Of a DNA stretch of 64,000 bases, positions 1 through 15,341 are shown piece after piece. The translations under genes were made by a program, and so were the position numbers. The DNA lies in contig CP068257.2 in NCBI GenBank assembly GCA_009914755.4, positions 37,856,001-37,920,000 on the forward strand, written 5' to 3'. The stretch's first letter is position 1. Every line of letters begins with the position of its first letter. The stretch comes from the human T2T-CHM13v2.0 reference genome, Homo sapiens. The notes under the pieces were generated by a model. That model was not told where the DNA came from and did not search any database. It was given only the letters and a program-made list of their open reading frames with translations.

Positions 1-69
1 GGTGTTAGAGACCAGCTTGGGCAGCATAGTGAGACCTTGTCTCAAACAATTAAATTAACAAAAAAAAAA
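1..69 (+). mobile_element. 3' end of an Alu element (right monomer with poly-A tail), truncated by the window edge
   Basis: The sequence 'gagaccagcttgggcagcatagtgagaccttgtctc' followed by an A-run matches the Alu 3' terminus. Confidence 0.8.
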
Positions 70-227
70 TGTTTAGCAATTGTATGCTTGAGTTTAGGTT
101 TTCCCCTATAATCTGTATTTGCTTCTCCAAGAGCTCCTATAAGACATCTGTTAGCTCTTCTCACACTGTTTTCATACAATAATATTTCCTCCACATTTTT
201 CATCTTTTTTCCTCTCTAGATTATTTG

Positions 228-388
228 TTGTTTGTTTGTTTGTTTATTTATTTATTATTTTTAAAAATAGAGACAGAGTCTTGCTATGTTGCCCAGGCTG
301 GTCTTGAACTCCTGGGCTCAAACAATCCTCCCTTCTCTGACTCTTAAAGTGCTGGGATTATAGGCATGAGCCACCACACCCAGCCTGG
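228..388 (-). mobile_element. Free left Alu monomer (FLAM-like) or truncated Alu, antisense, with a T/A-rich tail at the left
   Basis: The body ends with '...gcctcccaaagtgctgggattataggcatgagccaccacacccagcctgg', the reverse complement of the Alu 5' end. Only about 125 bp of body is present. Confidence 0.8.
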
Positions 389-774
389 ATGATTTCTTTG
401 ACTGCATCTTCCAATTAGCTAATTTTCTCTTCACGTGTGTTTGTTTAATCCACATATTGGGTTTTACAATTCCGCTATTATATCTTTTTATTTTCAGGAG
501 TTCTTTTTGGTTCCTTTCTAAATTTGCTTGATTGTTCTCTCTAGGTATTTATTCTGTTTTCGAGTTTCTCTTTTATTTCACTAAATATATTAAATATAGC
601 TGTTTTATATTCTTTGCCTGATAATTCCAATATCTGATTCTGATTTTTAATTCCACCTTCTGTTATTTCTTCATGCTCTCACTATGTTTTCTTTTTATTC
701 CCTTATTTATATTGTAACTTTTGGCTTCAAACTGCTCATTTTTAAAAACTTTATTAGTGGCTATCTTAGTCTGT

Positions 775-1145
775 TTTGTGCTGCTAAAACAGAATACCAC
801 AGACTGGGTAGTTTATAAACAATAGAAGTTTATTTGGCTCATAGCTCTGGAGGTGGAAAGTCCAAGATCGAGGGGCAGCATTTGATGAGGGCTTTCTGGC
901 TGCATCAAACATGGCTGAAGGTATCCCAGGAGCAAGAGAAAGGGAGAGCCCAAACTCACAGCCTCAAGCCTTTTTATAAATGTCATCAATCAGTTCATGA
1001 GGGTGGTCCCCTTATGGCCTCAACAGCTCCCCTTAGGCCCCACCTCCCAACACTGTTGCATTGGGGATTAAGTTTCCAACACAAGCTTTTTGGCGGAGAC
1101 ATTCAAATCACAGCAGCGGATACTGTTTGAGGCCTGGGGTTTATT
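775..1145. mobile_element. Ancient LTR-class interspersed repeat fragment (MLT/MER-like). I did not recognise the exact family.
   Basis: The motif 'tgctgctaaaacagaataccacagactgggtagtttataaacaatagaagtttatttggctcatagctctggaggtggaaagtccaagatc' matches a common mammalian repeat consensus. The 98-aa ORF here is repeat-derived. Confidence 0.45.
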
Positions 1146-2226
1146 TCTGCTAGTTTCCTTAGAACTGTATCAAACCTAGACACATCTTAAACTCAGATTT
1201 CCTTTTAAGATTTTTTAGGATCACACATGGCATGGGAATTTGAACTGCAACCTCTCATGAATTCTACTTGTGGTTATAAATTCTCAGAGGAGAATATTTT
1301 CCCCTTCACCCAGAAGCAAAGTTGAATCAGGGAAGTTTCCTTCCATTCTGTTCTGCCTGGTGGGGTATTTTCTCATTCATATTTACTTTGAAGGCAGAAC
1401 CCTCTGAAGTTCTGGTGTGTGTGCTTTATGAAACTCCCCAGCTTGACGAGGCTCCGGGCTTTATCTACATCCCCCTTTTTCCTCTTCAGTGTCAAAGTGA
1501 TGGTAAAGGTGTCATGTGTGTGTCAGAAACTCTCAGCATGTTCGGTGGCTTTGGTGTGTGCTTATTCTCAGGATTCACGCTCTCACTGGCTGGACTCTTT
1601 TATGCCAGGTCAGCAGTGTATTTAAATTTTTTTTTTTCTTAATTGGGTTAAAAATTTTCTTTGAGACAACTTTTAGGGCCTCTAATCTGCCATAGTAGCA
1701 GAACTGGGAGTTGAAAACCTGTTTTATGTTCATTATTTTCTACATATATTTGGTAGCATCAAGTCAAAGATAATGATGAATTGTTCTTCAGCCTTCTGAA
1801 ATTCTGAAGAAGGTATTTGGTCTTAAATTGAAGCAAAAGACTAGTTCACTCAACTATAATAAAACCTTTCTTGCCTCGAAATCTAGAGTTGGCCAACTAA
1901 AGAAGTTTTCAGAACTTTATATATGGAATTTCTGGGAAATAGCATAGATTTACTTTATTACATTTCACCAACTTACTGCTACTACTATTAACGTGTTATC
2001 TCATGTAATCTTTTAACAATGATTAGTAAGTGTGTACTCTGGGAATCAATCAGAATTTCTGATACCAAAGTTCCTGCACTTACTCATGATGTTATATTCC
2101 TTTCAACCAAGATTTGAGGCAGCTTCCAACCATGTATTCAGTATAAAAGAATAAAATTAATCACTGAGAGACTTGAGGCAATGGATAGGAAAACAATAAA
2201 GCTTTGAATAAGAGTAACACACAGGA

Positions 2227-2586
<360 letters not shown>

Positions 2587-2590
2587 TTAA

Positions 2591-2891
<301 letters not shown>

Positions 2892-3514
2892 GTTTTAAGC
2901 TTTTTGAACATACACTAAGAGTAGGGTAGGCAAAGAACAACTAAGTTGGTTTGTGTGTTGCCCTGTAGGACAAACACCTGTGACTTTGTGAGCCTTTTTG
3001 CAACACTGTTGAAATTGCATCAAGGCCCTGATGATGAAGATTGGCAGTAATAAAGTAGTCTGGGGGAATATCGTTTATGTTTTAATTATAAAAATTGAAA
3101 CTCTTCTAAGCTATTGACAGCTGCATTACTGGGAAGGTGGTTTAGGGCTGGACCTGCCTGGTGAAGGACTGGCCCTGGTAGGATCTGGATGGGGTGGTAG
3201 CTTCATTGAGCATCAGATTTCAATCCACTACCAAGTTTCCAATCACTCCAGTTGTTCCTATTTTGCCAAAACAGTCGCCCTCTATGTCCCCCATGGTCTT
3301 GTGCCTGTTCGTATTGGGAGGGCCTGAGATGCATCTGGGCCCTTAGAGATACTTTAATCACAGTATGGACAGCCTGTATCATCTCAGTCTCAGCTGATCA
3401 GGGACCATATGCATAGGGCCAGATTATAAGTAAACCAGCTAGTGGTGTGAAACTTGGAAAAGCCATTTACTGTGTATATTTGGGTCTTGTCAGCAATTCC
3501 TGAGCATGGGTAGG

Positions 3515-3534
3515 GGTGTGTGTGTGTGTGTGTG
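3515..3534. repeat. (GT)n microsatellite
   Basis: gtgtgtgtgtgtgtgtgtg. Confidence 0.9.
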
Positions 3535-3659
3535 CTCTTGCTGTGGTATACAAGCACAATGAAAGTGTATAAAAACAAATGTAAAGTTCATGGTTAGATT
3601 TCTTAACTCTGGAGGTTAGTCATCTTTGATAAAGCAAACTGGGATGACTTTTTGTGTGA

Positions 3660-3938
<279 letters not shown>

Positions 3939-5937
3939 TAAATTAACATGACTTTAGTACACTTCTTATTCTGATGCAGTCCTATGCATAGAGAGAATGC
4001 AGTTTTTACTAAAAAAAGTTCCAAAATTATGCTTTTCATATTTATGCTGTGTTTTCACCTTGTTACAATAAATTTTATAATACCTAAGTTAGGAAATATC
4101 ATTACTTTGAATAATCTTAAGTGCATTCATTAAATATGTAAACATTTGAGCTCCTAGGTTGTGTTTATACAATTATTTTGTTTTGAATTGACTTCTCATA
4201 TAGCTTTATATGAGTTAATTTCATAATGATATATACCCTTACATTATTTCTATTTAAATGAACCAAACTACATTTTGGTCTCATAAAAATGGGACAGGTA
4301 AGATCTCGATTCAACGACAAGGTAGGTTTTATCAGATTTTTTTCTTCCAGTGACGTCTCATCTTTGATTATGTATAATTAAATAGAGAGTTATGCTAATA
4401 AAGCAGGAACCATGAATTTGACTTGTGTGCATGTTTAATTCATGTGACTTGCTAAGACTTGCTGATGGATTGAATGTGGATAGGGATGGATTCCATGATG
4501 ACTTCTAATCAGTGTGTGTAAAAATCCACTCTGAGAGAGGACCATATTGAGGGGGGAAGTTAAGTTTGAATGAGACAGCTGAGTGAAGAAGTGAGGTAGG
4601 CAATTGCATACTGATCTGTGTCTCTGCAAAGTCTGGTTGGAGACACACACGTGGAAGCTGCGAACGCATGTAGATGGAGCTGAAGTCATGAAAAGTGGAT
4701 GAAACAGAGTAATGAGAGAGTTGACAGGATGGAGACCAGAGTGGGGGTGGAGGTGGGACTTCAAGTTTAAAGTTGCCTGGAAGATGAGAAACCAGTTGAG
4801 GAGGCTAAGATGGAGAGTAGGGAAGGCAGGAGGAGACCAGGAGCGTGTGGCGTCATGGAAGCCCAGGAGGAGCTCGGCTCTTTACAGAAGAGGGTGATGT
4901 TAGTTGTGACAAATGCGGCTGAGAGATTGAGTCAGGTGAGGCCATAAAAGTGACCACTGGCTTTGATGACATGGAGGTCATTAGAGGCCATGACAGAAGT
5001 AGTTTCTGAGGAGAGGTGGAAGCAGATGTATGTGGTCTAGACAGAGTGGTCTAAGGAGGGCTGGTAGTGAGAACGAGGGACTATGCATAGACAATTATTT
5101 TGGGGGAATTTTCCCACAGAGTGAAAGAGAAAAATGGCAGACATCATTGTTTTAAAAAATGCCCTACTCCTTCCCACCACTGGAAATTTGGGCAGAGTCC
5201 CTTGCGTCCCTGCTTGCTGCCGGTTCCCTAGCTTCCTCTCTCCTCCCTATGTTCTGGAAAGTTCCCCCATCTCTGTTCTTTACCCAAGCTCAATCTCTCG
5301 TCTTAACCCAAGTTCTCTGTCTTTCAGTAGACATCTCCCGTATTCCTACTACTTCTCAATCCCCTTCCTCCAGACCCCAGACCTGTGGGTGGTAGGAGGG
5401 GAGAGTCTAGTTTTTACAAAGGCCCACTAGGGGGTTATCTAAACAAAAGGGAATTTTCTATCCTTGGTCAATAATAATGTGGCAAAGCTTTGAAATGACT
5501 TTTTTTTAACCTTTTGTAGGTCAAATTTTTGACAGAGTTACTGTCTTCACCAAGAGTCCCAATAAACAGAAGGGGAGACGGTAGTAGAAAAATATATTTT
5601 CTGTCTGTTCATCACAAATTCCAGGAATCATGTCTTCCTTATTTCTTCCCTTTGCAATATCTTTTTATTTTTTATTCCTTTTTTTATAGCATTAGAATCT
5701 TTTATTTTTTCATGTGGCTATAGCCTTCATGATGATCATTTAAAACTTTTGTCTGATACTCTATTACACTGATGTATCATAATTGACTTCCTTATTCCTA
5801 TATGTTTAATTTTTACTTATTATTGTGTCATAAACATGTTTATGCTATTATGGTGTCATAATGTCATCTAAATATTTTGTATAATGTTCCATCAAGTTGA
5901 TGTGCCATGCATTTAAAAAAATTTTTGTTCATTTATT

Positions 5938-6061
5938 TATTTTTTAGAGACAGGATCTTGCTATGTTGCCCAGGCTAGTTTTGAACTTCTGGGCTCAAGT
6001 TGTCCTCCTGCCTCAGCTTTCCAAGTAGCCAGGACTACAGGTGTGAGCCACTGTGTCCAGC
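5938..6061 (-). mobile_element. Alu left-monomer fragment, antisense
   Basis: 'ttttttagagacaggatcttgctatgttgcccaggctagttttgaacttctgggctcaagt...ccaagtagccaggactacaggtgtgagccactgtgtccagc'. Confidence 0.8.
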
Positions 6062-6484
6062 ATAATATTTTTTCACTATGCTTATATTTTTGAACCTGGG
6101 GTTGCTCATTATTTTTAATTACAAATAACTCTGCACTGATTTTCACCATGAAATAGTATTCTTTATTTTGGAGTATTTCCTTAGGATAAATTCCCGGTAG
6201 CTCTTTCAGTGAGACAAAAATGCACACAACTTTTTATGGCTTTGAACGTGCCTCCAGATTACTTTCTGGGAGGATTATAACATTCATCCTGCTGCACTGT
6301 GGTGGACCAGCTTCACTGTACCTTCCAGATATGAGCATTTTAATGACCTTGATCTTAGGACCATTAAATTGTATTTTAGAAATTTGTTTCTGGTTTTACT
6401 GTGCTATGAGGAGGGAATTTGGTTTTGATAAATGTCTGTCTTAAGTGTCTTTGTAACTGAATGTATATTTTTTCATTTTTGTGT

Positions 6485-6760
6485 GATATTTTATTTTTTA
6501 AGTTGACAAATAAAGTGTATATTTACCATGTACAATGTGATGTTGTGAAATACGTATACATTGTGGATTGGCTAAACTGAGCTAATTAACATCTGCCTTT
6601 CATTGAATACTTTTTTTTTGTGGTGAGAACACTTAAAATCTACTCTCAGTGATGTTCAAAACACAGTGCATTGTTATTTGCTATAGTCACTATCTTGTAA
6701 AATCAATATCTTGAACTTATTTCTCCTAACAGACTATTTTGCTATAAAAGATTGTTTTCT
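6485..6760 (-). mobile_element. L1M-type LINE-1 3'UTR fragment. The antisense orientation is inferred.
   Basis: '...gtggtgagaacacttaaaatctactctc...tgctatagtcactatcttgtaaaatcaatatcttgaacttatttctcc' resembles the mammalian-wide L1 3' end. Confidence 0.45.
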
Positions 6761-7713
6761 GAATATTAAAAAAATAACTTTTTTCAAATATTACATATAT
6801 GATATTGGAAAGGTCAAATAGTCCTACAAAGATTACTTTTTAAAAAAACAGTCCTGCTAAACATTTCATGCCAGAAAATGCCTTATATTTTCCTGCTTTA
6901 GTCTGCAGTGTGCTTAGGTGCAGAATTCCAGGCTGGACGTTGCTGCACCTCAGAACCGGGAAGGTGCCGCTCCATCATCTCTTCCCACTTCCAGAGCTGC
7001 TCTGAGATCACGTCTGATGCCAGTCTGTCTCCAGATCTTTTTATCTGCCTATTTTTGTCTTTCCCAATTCTGGGAGATTTTAGGGTCCAATTTTTTGGTT
7101 TTGAAGTTGTACGATGAGGTAGCTCGTAGAGGTCTTCGTTATTTGTGCTGGGCATTTGCTGGGACCCTTTAATTTGGAAGGTCATGTGCCTTGGCTCTGA
7201 AAAACAAAATGTTAGAGGACTTCTATGCGGATTCATTTCCAGTTCATTTTCACTTTCTTTTCTTTTTGGAATTCTTCTTATTTAAATGTTGGACCTCTTG
7301 GATGAATTCTCTAATTTTCTTATCTTTTCTCTCCCATTTTCCATATTTTTGTATTTTTCTGCTTTCTGGGATATTTTCTTAATTTTCTACCTTATCTTCC
7401 CTCTATTGGTAGTTTTTTTCCATTTCTCCTATCAATCATATCTGAACTTCTCAAAAGCTCTTTTTTGTTGTTATCTCTGCATGTTCCCTTATTAAATAGC
7501 TTCCTATTCTTATTATGTAGGTTCATTATTTTTCTTAATTCTGAGTTTATTAAATATAGTTTTCTTTTACATCTTCTTCAACTCATTGCATTCTCTGTTT
7601 TCTCTAATTCTGTTTCTTCTCTGTTTGCTTTGCTTTCCTTTTTATTTTTATGTAAGTTGTTTTCCTCAGATGTTTGGTGATCTTTGACTGTTTGTATTTA
7701 AAACAAAGTACTG

Positions 7714-7826
7714 AGCTGGCAGTGGTGGGTGCATGTCTGTATTCCCAGCAACTAGGAAGGCTGAGGTGAGAGGATTGCTTGTGCCTAGGGTTTCGAGGCC
7801 AGTCTTGGCAACATAACGAGGCTATG
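7714..7826 (+). mobile_element. Alu-related monomer (FRAM/FAM-like)
   Basis: 'agctggcagtggtgggtgcatgtctgtattcccagcaactaggaaggctgaggtgagaggattgcttgtgcctagg...cttggcaacataacgaggctatg'. Confidence 0.7.
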
Positions 7827-8134
7827 TGGTGGTGGTGGTGGAGGTGGTAAGGGTGGTGGTGGTGGTGGTGGTGGTGGTGGTGGTGATGGTAGTGCTGGTG
7901 GTGATAGTGATGGTGGTAGTGGTAATGGTCATGGTGGTGATGGTGGTGGTGGAGTGGTAGAGGTGGTGATTGTGGTGGTGATGGTGGAGATGATGGTGGT
8001 GGTGATGGTGGTGGTGGTGACAGTGATGGTGGTGATGGTGGTAGTGGTGGTGAGGTGGGTGATGGTGGTGGTGATGGTAGTGGTGGTGATGTTGGTGTTG
8101 GTGGTGGTGATGGTAGTGGAGGTGGGGGTGATGG
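7827..8134. repeat. Long imperfect trinucleotide repeat of about 308 bp, (TGG)n interspersed with TGA and TAG variants
   Basis: It was read directly. It explains the His-rich 117-aa minus-strand ORF and the Val/Met-rich plus-strand ORF. Confidence 0.95.
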
Positions 8135-8802
8135 AAAGTGGGAGATAAATCTGGCTGCCAGTGTTCTAGAAGCAAGTAGGGAAGGGAATGGAGGGTCTCC
8201 CCTTTCAGAATGTGAACTTCTTATATAGACCCCTTGTTTTCAGTATGGTTGCCTACTTCAGCTGGCCTCATGCCCAGGAGGTCATATTTCCTCTAGTTCA
8301 GCTTCTACAGAGACAAAAACTGCTTATTTAGAAGGGGACAGTCACTTGCCGTCCAGGGATGAGGAGGGAAACTAAATCTACTTCTTCTTTCTCTCACATC
8401 GCTCTTTGTAAGCAATTAGGTTTCAGATTTTTTCTGGTTAAGTCAATTATTACTCAACGATTCCCTTTACTGCCTTTGAATTTCCGTAGACATTTTTTTT
8501 TTCCTGCAAAAAGACTTCTTGTCCATTTACCCTGTTCTTGTGAATTTATCCTTTTCTTTTTAACATCTTTGTTGTATTGTCAGTGGGGCTCTGGTAAGAA
8601 GCCAAAGCAAATATCTGTTTTCAGCTTCTCATGATTAACTAGAAACTGCCTGTAGTTTTCAATGGTCCCAGTCTTCCTGAAAAGGAACTATCATCCCCTG
8701 TTATTCCATTAATTTCTTTCCATATGTTGGTTAATTTAATTTAATCTATTTTTAGTTACATAATTTGAGATTAAGGATTTTAATATCTTTGCTCTTTTTA
8801 AA

Positions 8803-9300
8803 AAAATAGTTTTATTGGGATATAATTCACACACCACACAATTCACCCATTTAAAGTGTACAATTCAATGGCTTTTAGTATATGTAGAGTTGTGCAACCA
8901 CCACCACTGTCTACTTCCAAAATACTGTAATCATCCTTAAAAGAAACCCAGTACCCCTTAGCTGTCACCCCCTAATTCAGCCATTCTTCCTGCCTAGGGA
9001 ACCACTCAAATGCTTTCGTTCTCTGCAGGCTTGCCTCATCTGAGCATTTAATGCCAGTGGAACCATACACCATGGGGTCCTTTGTGACTGGCTTCTTTCA
9101 CTTGGCATCATGTTGTCAAGGCTTGTCTGTGTTGTAGCAGGTGTCAGCACTTCTTTCTTTGTTAGGGCAGACTACTATCCATGGCACGAATGGATGGACT
9201 GCATTTTACACATCCATTCCTCAGTGGCTGGGTATTTGGGTTGTTTCCACGTTTTGGCTATCATGAATACTGCTGCGATGACCATTTGTGTATCTTTTGT
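8803..9300 (-). mobile_element. L1M (mammalian-wide LINE-1) 3' fragment, covering the 3'UTR and the ORF2 C-terminal region, antisense
   Basis: 'aattcacccatttaaagtgtacaattcaatggcttttagtatatgtagagttgtgcaaccaccaccac' and '...tggcttctttcacttggcatcatgttgtcaagg...gggttgtttccacgttttggctatcatgaatactgctgcgatgaccatttgtgta'. Confidence 0.7.
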
Positions 9301-9329
9301 TTAATCGATTTCCAATACTTCTACAGTTG

Positions 9330-9500
9330 CTGCTTTGTATCAGAATCTCTTGGACAATTTTAAAAAATTCAGATGCCTGAGTTTTACTCTAGACTTACTG
9401 ACCCTAAATTACCAGGGGAGAGGCCCAGGGATCTACATTTGCAAAAAGTCCCTTAGTTGATTCTGATGCTCATTTCTGTTTAACAACCACTACACTGGAG
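9330..9500 (+). mobile_element. Fragment of an old interspersed repeat, probably a MER-type DNA-transposon relic
   Basis: 'cagaatctcttggacaatttt...cagggatctacatttgcaaaaagtcccttagttgattctgatgctcat' resembles a very common human repeat consensus ('...gaatttgcatttctaacaagttcccaggtgatgctgatgctg'). Confidence 0.3.
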
Positions 9501-9807
9501 ACTCATTTAACTAATATTCATGTATATGCTTCTCCAGAATGAATGTGGTATCTTATTTGCTTTAGTTAAGAAACTCAAATAGGCAGGGAAATTGTAAGGC
9601 CACTTTGTTCCTTTCCCCATTCCTGATTCTCTCCTGCATTCATCAATTTGGTATCTCTCTTTCCACAAGCAAGACATCTTTTTGTGCTGTATTTTCAATG
9701 CCTAATTGTTATATTGTATGAAATCTGCTTTTTAAAAAGACACCATGGACATTTTATTAATATTTTTAAACAACAATAGTAGTAGCAGTCGCAACAAGAA
9801 CAAACTC

Positions 9808-9950
9808 TTAGCCAGGCATTGTGGTTCGTGCCTGTAATCCTAGCACTTAGGAAGGTAGAGGCAGGAGGATAGTTTGAGCCCAGGCATTTGTGACCTGCCT
9901 GGGCAACATAGTGAGACCCTGTTCTCAAAAACAAACAAAAACAAACAAAC
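9808..9950 (+). mobile_element. Alu-related monomer with a (CAAA)n tail
   Basis: 'ttagccaggcattgtggttcgtgcctgtaatcctagcacttaggaaggtagaggcaggagga...gcctgggcaacatagtgagaccctgttctcaaaaacaaacaaaaacaaacaaac'. Confidence 0.75.
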
Positions 9951-11288
9951 TCCTAGAGGGCTAGCAACTTAACAGATATTGCGAAGCTCCAAATGAAATT
10001 CCAGCCATTAAAAAAAGTAACTCATATAATAGCATTAATAGATGTCAAAGAAAATATATGGATAAGTGAATAATGAGGCTGACAAGTTCAAGTAGATTGC
10101 TCCAGGTCACAAGGCTCATAATCTGTAGACCTAGAATTTGATTTCAACATTTTCTGATTATTAACCCAGTATCCTCTTCACTCCCTTGTGTTTAGGGCTA
10201 CATTTATAGAAAACCTATCTACGCTTAAGTCTATTAAAATTAAAAAACTCATTTGTCACATATATAGATAACTATCACCCCAATATTTTACTCTAAAATT
10301 AATAATTAAAAGAGAAGATCCAAACATTTTTTTTCTGCCTTTTAAACTAGAATCTATAATTCATACCTGGTTGTTGAGAGTAAACTTTTTGTTGTAGGTC
10401 AAATATCGAATAAATGATAGAATTAGAAAAATAACCCGTTTGCCAAAGCCAATGTAATAATTGATTACAGCATAGCTAATGAATAGATAATAAAACTGGG
10501 TAAAAGGCATTAGGTGAATTTGTTTCTTGGGGGAATCAGTTAAATTTCCTGTGCTAAAGTATTAGCCCCGCCAAACATTATTTGCTAAATTCAAAGGGGA
10601 AACCGATCTTTATAATAAAGAGATCTATTGGTCACAGCCTTAACAAAGTAGCCAAACCACTGTCACTACTAATGGGACTCACTGATATCAAATGCTGCCT
10701 GTTGCAAACGTGAAGTCCATAGTCTCACCAGTCAAGTGTTCTTGCTAAATCATTTCACCTGCATCCAATCCAGTCTCCAGCTCCAAGTTCTAGTCTATAA
10801 AAAACACAGAGGAAGAGGAGCAAGTTAAATAATATCACAAAGAAAGAATCAGACAAAACAAAAATTTGGAACATTCTTCAAGATAACTGACCCAGATTCT
10901 TAAAACATTCAGTGTCATGAAAGAAATAAATAAAAAGAGATGGAATTGTTCTAGACTAAAATAGACTGAGGAAATATGAGAATCAGATGCAATTAATATG
11001 TTTTAAGAGGTTCAAGTCTAAAGAAAGTAACTGTAAAATATTTATTGCAGGCAACTTGGGGAATTTGGAAAGGAATTGGATATTAGATGACATTAGGGAG
11101 TTCTTGTTAGTTTTCTTAGATGTGATAAAAATACTGGAGTTACGTAAGAGAATGCCCTTGTTTTTAGAAGATGATACTAGAATATTTAAGGGTGCAGTTT
11201 GATAAGACAGATGAAAATGTTAGCAAGTGTTCAATCTATGTAGTTCATCTTTAAAAGCTTTTCTTTGTCTTTAAAATTTTCATAATGA

Positions 11289-11595
<307 letters not shown>

Positions 11596-14195
11596 TGGAG
11601 CAATAAGGATTTGGAGCTAAGCATATGGCAATGTTGTATTGCCTTTGCTCTTATTAGTTAAAAGCCCTTAAAATGTCCTAGTCAAAACTTGAGGAGGATT
11701 GCTCTAAATGGAGAAGAACACAACTCAAATAAAACTTGTTTCAAGGCAGAAAGACACACAAATGGCAAATGGCCGTGTCCAAAGTTACTATGTCTAAAGC
11801 TGCTTTAAGTTTTACAGGGAAAAAAACAGACTTTAGAAAATTATGTGGAAAAGTTAGAGCAGATGAACTTATTTTCCAGTGTGCAGAGTGTCCAGGATCA
11901 ATCTCATATTTTCAGCAACAAAAATAAAATAAAATAAATGGTTGGAAGTTGATCAACATAGATATTGCCATTTTTCTTTCTCTGAGATAATGACTTGCCA
12001 TTCATGTCTAGGGACATCCCACTTCCTAGACCCCTTCTCTTGCATTTCTCCTGAGAAGTCTCAGAGTTCACCTCTCTTCTCATCGAGGCTTTTGTAGTCC
12101 TGGTATTTCTTTCCATCCATAATCTGTCTCATTCAGCATGAAATGAAGAGGAACTCCAGTGGAAAAGAACATATGATTCAGTTAGAAAACCTTACATACT
12201 TTTTACCTGCTGACCCTGAATTTGGGGGCAAGATTTTTAACGTTTTCCCAGCTATAAAATGAAGAGAGAAATATGACCACCTACCTCTTAGGGGTATTTG
12301 TTTTATAATTTATTCTTTCAAGAGAATTTATTTGCGTACATGCTGGGCCAGACACTGGGCTGGTTGATTGAAGGGACTTTATGGTCTAGAGGAATAGTTA
12401 GATGTGAGCATTCTGTAAGTAGATAAAATAACTGTCTATGTGAATATGGAGATGGTCCACCAATCTCAGGCCTTATATTAAGTCTCCGAAAAGAGTTGAT
12501 ACCTCACTTGGTATTGGAAGATTTAGTAGGAGCTCAGTAAGTGGAAAAAGATAGTCAAGACACTATGGGAAGATGGATTTATACACTAAGGCAATGAAAT
12601 TTATGAGAGTATGTTTCATTCAGTGAAGTCATACTTTGGATGGAATCAGAGGTTTCAGTAGAACCCAGGATATGGAAGTGGGTAAAGATAAGAGCTGAGG
12701 CAAGAAAAGTTAGTAGGGATGATATTGTAAAGGGCCTTCTGTGTCTGGACTTTTTTCTTGGCAATGAGAATGATGGGAAAAGGTCAGTGTGGAGTGATTT
12801 ACATTTCACAAAGCCTCTGACTCAGACAGCAACACAGAAGATTGTTAGAGATAAGATGCAGAATCTGGGACTATATCTTTCATATTTACATCCTCAGAGC
12901 CAAATACAGCTCATAACTCGTAGTAGGTGTTCACCTCTGAAATTCGAGGCAATAATTAACTGGGGTACCAAAGTCAATGAAACACTCCGGAGATATTCAG
13001 CACCATTCTTCAAATTGAATGTAAATGGGACAGGTTTGTTTATTGTAACTTGCTATTTTAAAAAAAATTATATTTTGAGATCTATTTATACTAATACGTA
13101 TAAATCTATTTCAGCCTCTGCTGTGTTTTATCTTATCTCATTTTTATTTTAATATCTAATCTCCGTTTTTAGATCCTACCCTGATTTGTGCTCAGGTACT
13201 GTCATATTATATAAAACTCTTGTTTTGTGGAAGAAAGGGATGGCCACAGGATTATGAAACCTGGCCTAGAGATACCTAAGAGGCCGTCCAGTCCAGATTC
13301 TTCTCTTCTGAGAGAAGCAACATGAAGCCCAAGGAGCTTAAGTGACTTGTACAAAGAACCCCGCTAATTAGCAGTACAGTTCGTGCTAGAGCCTTTGGTG
13401 CTGTCAGCATTGCTTAGGTTGATAGGTGTTTATACTGTGCGCAGGGACAGAGTACTTCCAGTATCCTTTGAAAAGACGACATCTGATTTATGGAAACATT
13501 ACTTATCACGGTGTCATGTTGTAGTAAACAAGATTGTGGAAAGGTGTCAGCAAGGAAAATTAATCTCACTCAAGCTAAAAATAGGTACTCTTGACAATTA
13601 TGTAGAAAATGCATGCTCATAAAACGTATCATCATATGCAGCATCATTGCTTTTAGAACATTTTTCTTGTCTTAGACAGGCTGTTCTAGGCCAAGGACCA
13701 GACCAGTTTTCCCAAGAGGGCTTTGTAAGTAAGCATTGGTTCCATAAAGTCAACCTTAGTTCTTTAAAAGCATGTGGTCATATCTGATTAAATGAACATC
13801 ATTCTTAATAGGACATGGCAGGCAGGACCTAGGTTACATAACCAATGTTTTCAATTATGCCCTGGCAAGAAGGAAGACAGATTCTTGTTGAAGTTATGCA
13901 AATAAGTATATTGCCAAAAAATATATATGTATTCTGATTGAATAAGCAGATTCAATAAGAATTTTTGAACTCCAGAGGAATCGGGCAGGGAGAATAAGAG
14001 GTCATTTACAAGTGATTCATTTCAGCTTACAAAAGCAGAATCTACAACATTATTATGATGTATGGAAAGCTTAAGAGAAAGCAAAAAGGGCTTCCTTATA
14101 TATAAGGAAAATAAGACATTAAAATAACATCAACAGTATTCCAGACAAAAATTACTATCATCCCTCACCAATTCATTTAATCCTATGTAATTAAT

Positions 14196-14740
<545 letters not shown>

Positions 14741-15341
14741 CATTACAAATAACTTCAGGGAAGCATCAAAGCAAAACATGCTAACAAAAATATCTGTAGA
14801 TGACAAAAAACTTAAAATGGGTGCCATTTATTCATTGCTTATAATTTTCAAAAGTGAAAGTCTAGAAAGTCATAACAAGAATAATATATTTGATGAGAAA
14901 ATTTGTTGTTTTCTGTGACATGCAAAACGAAACTATAAAATCAACCCCCCAAATTTTAGACAAATTACTTATAAACATAATCATTAGGCCTATTTCAAAG
15001 AATACAGAAAACATTATATCTAATTTACAACAATAAGTGGGCATAGCAAAAATCTTGATGTAATTATTCAGAGACATAATATACTCTGACTATACCAAGC
15101 ATATGATAAGAATATCAAGAAACAAGATGTAGTAGGTCTGGAGTAGGTCCTAAACATCTATTTATTAATAAAACTGTATGAGTATATGATGGGAATTCCC
15201 AATCGAAAAACACTGTTGTAAAACATGCTAGATTCAGATTAAAGAAGGATCAAGTTAACATTTAAAACAACTGAAGTTATGGTTGATAACTTAAGCACCT
15301 GTTGTCTGATACCAGGCAAAACAACAATATAATCAATGTCT

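Noticed and set aside
7190-7690. A pyrimidine-rich low-complexity tract of about 500 bp (ttctt / tttc motifs) producing several 60-70-aa Phe/Leu-rich ORFs
   Set aside because: It has no repeat-unit regularity and no recognisable element. It is probably a decayed antisense LINE or poly-purine/pyrimidine tract, and the ORFs are compositional artefacts.
7822-8175. A 117-aa minus-strand ORF that is extremely His-rich (HHHHHH…), and a 64-aa plus-strand Val/Met-rich ORF
   Set aside because: They are direct translations of the (TGG)n/(CCA)n trinucleotide repeat. There is no start context or protein-like composition beyond the repeat.
12640-13152. The longest plus-strand ORF in unique sequence, 170 aa
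   Set aside because: It has no recognisable domain or motif, no splice or promoter context, and an AT-rich low-complexity 3' half (…YFKKNYILRSIYTNTYKSI…). This is the length expected by chance in 64 kb of AT-rich DNA.
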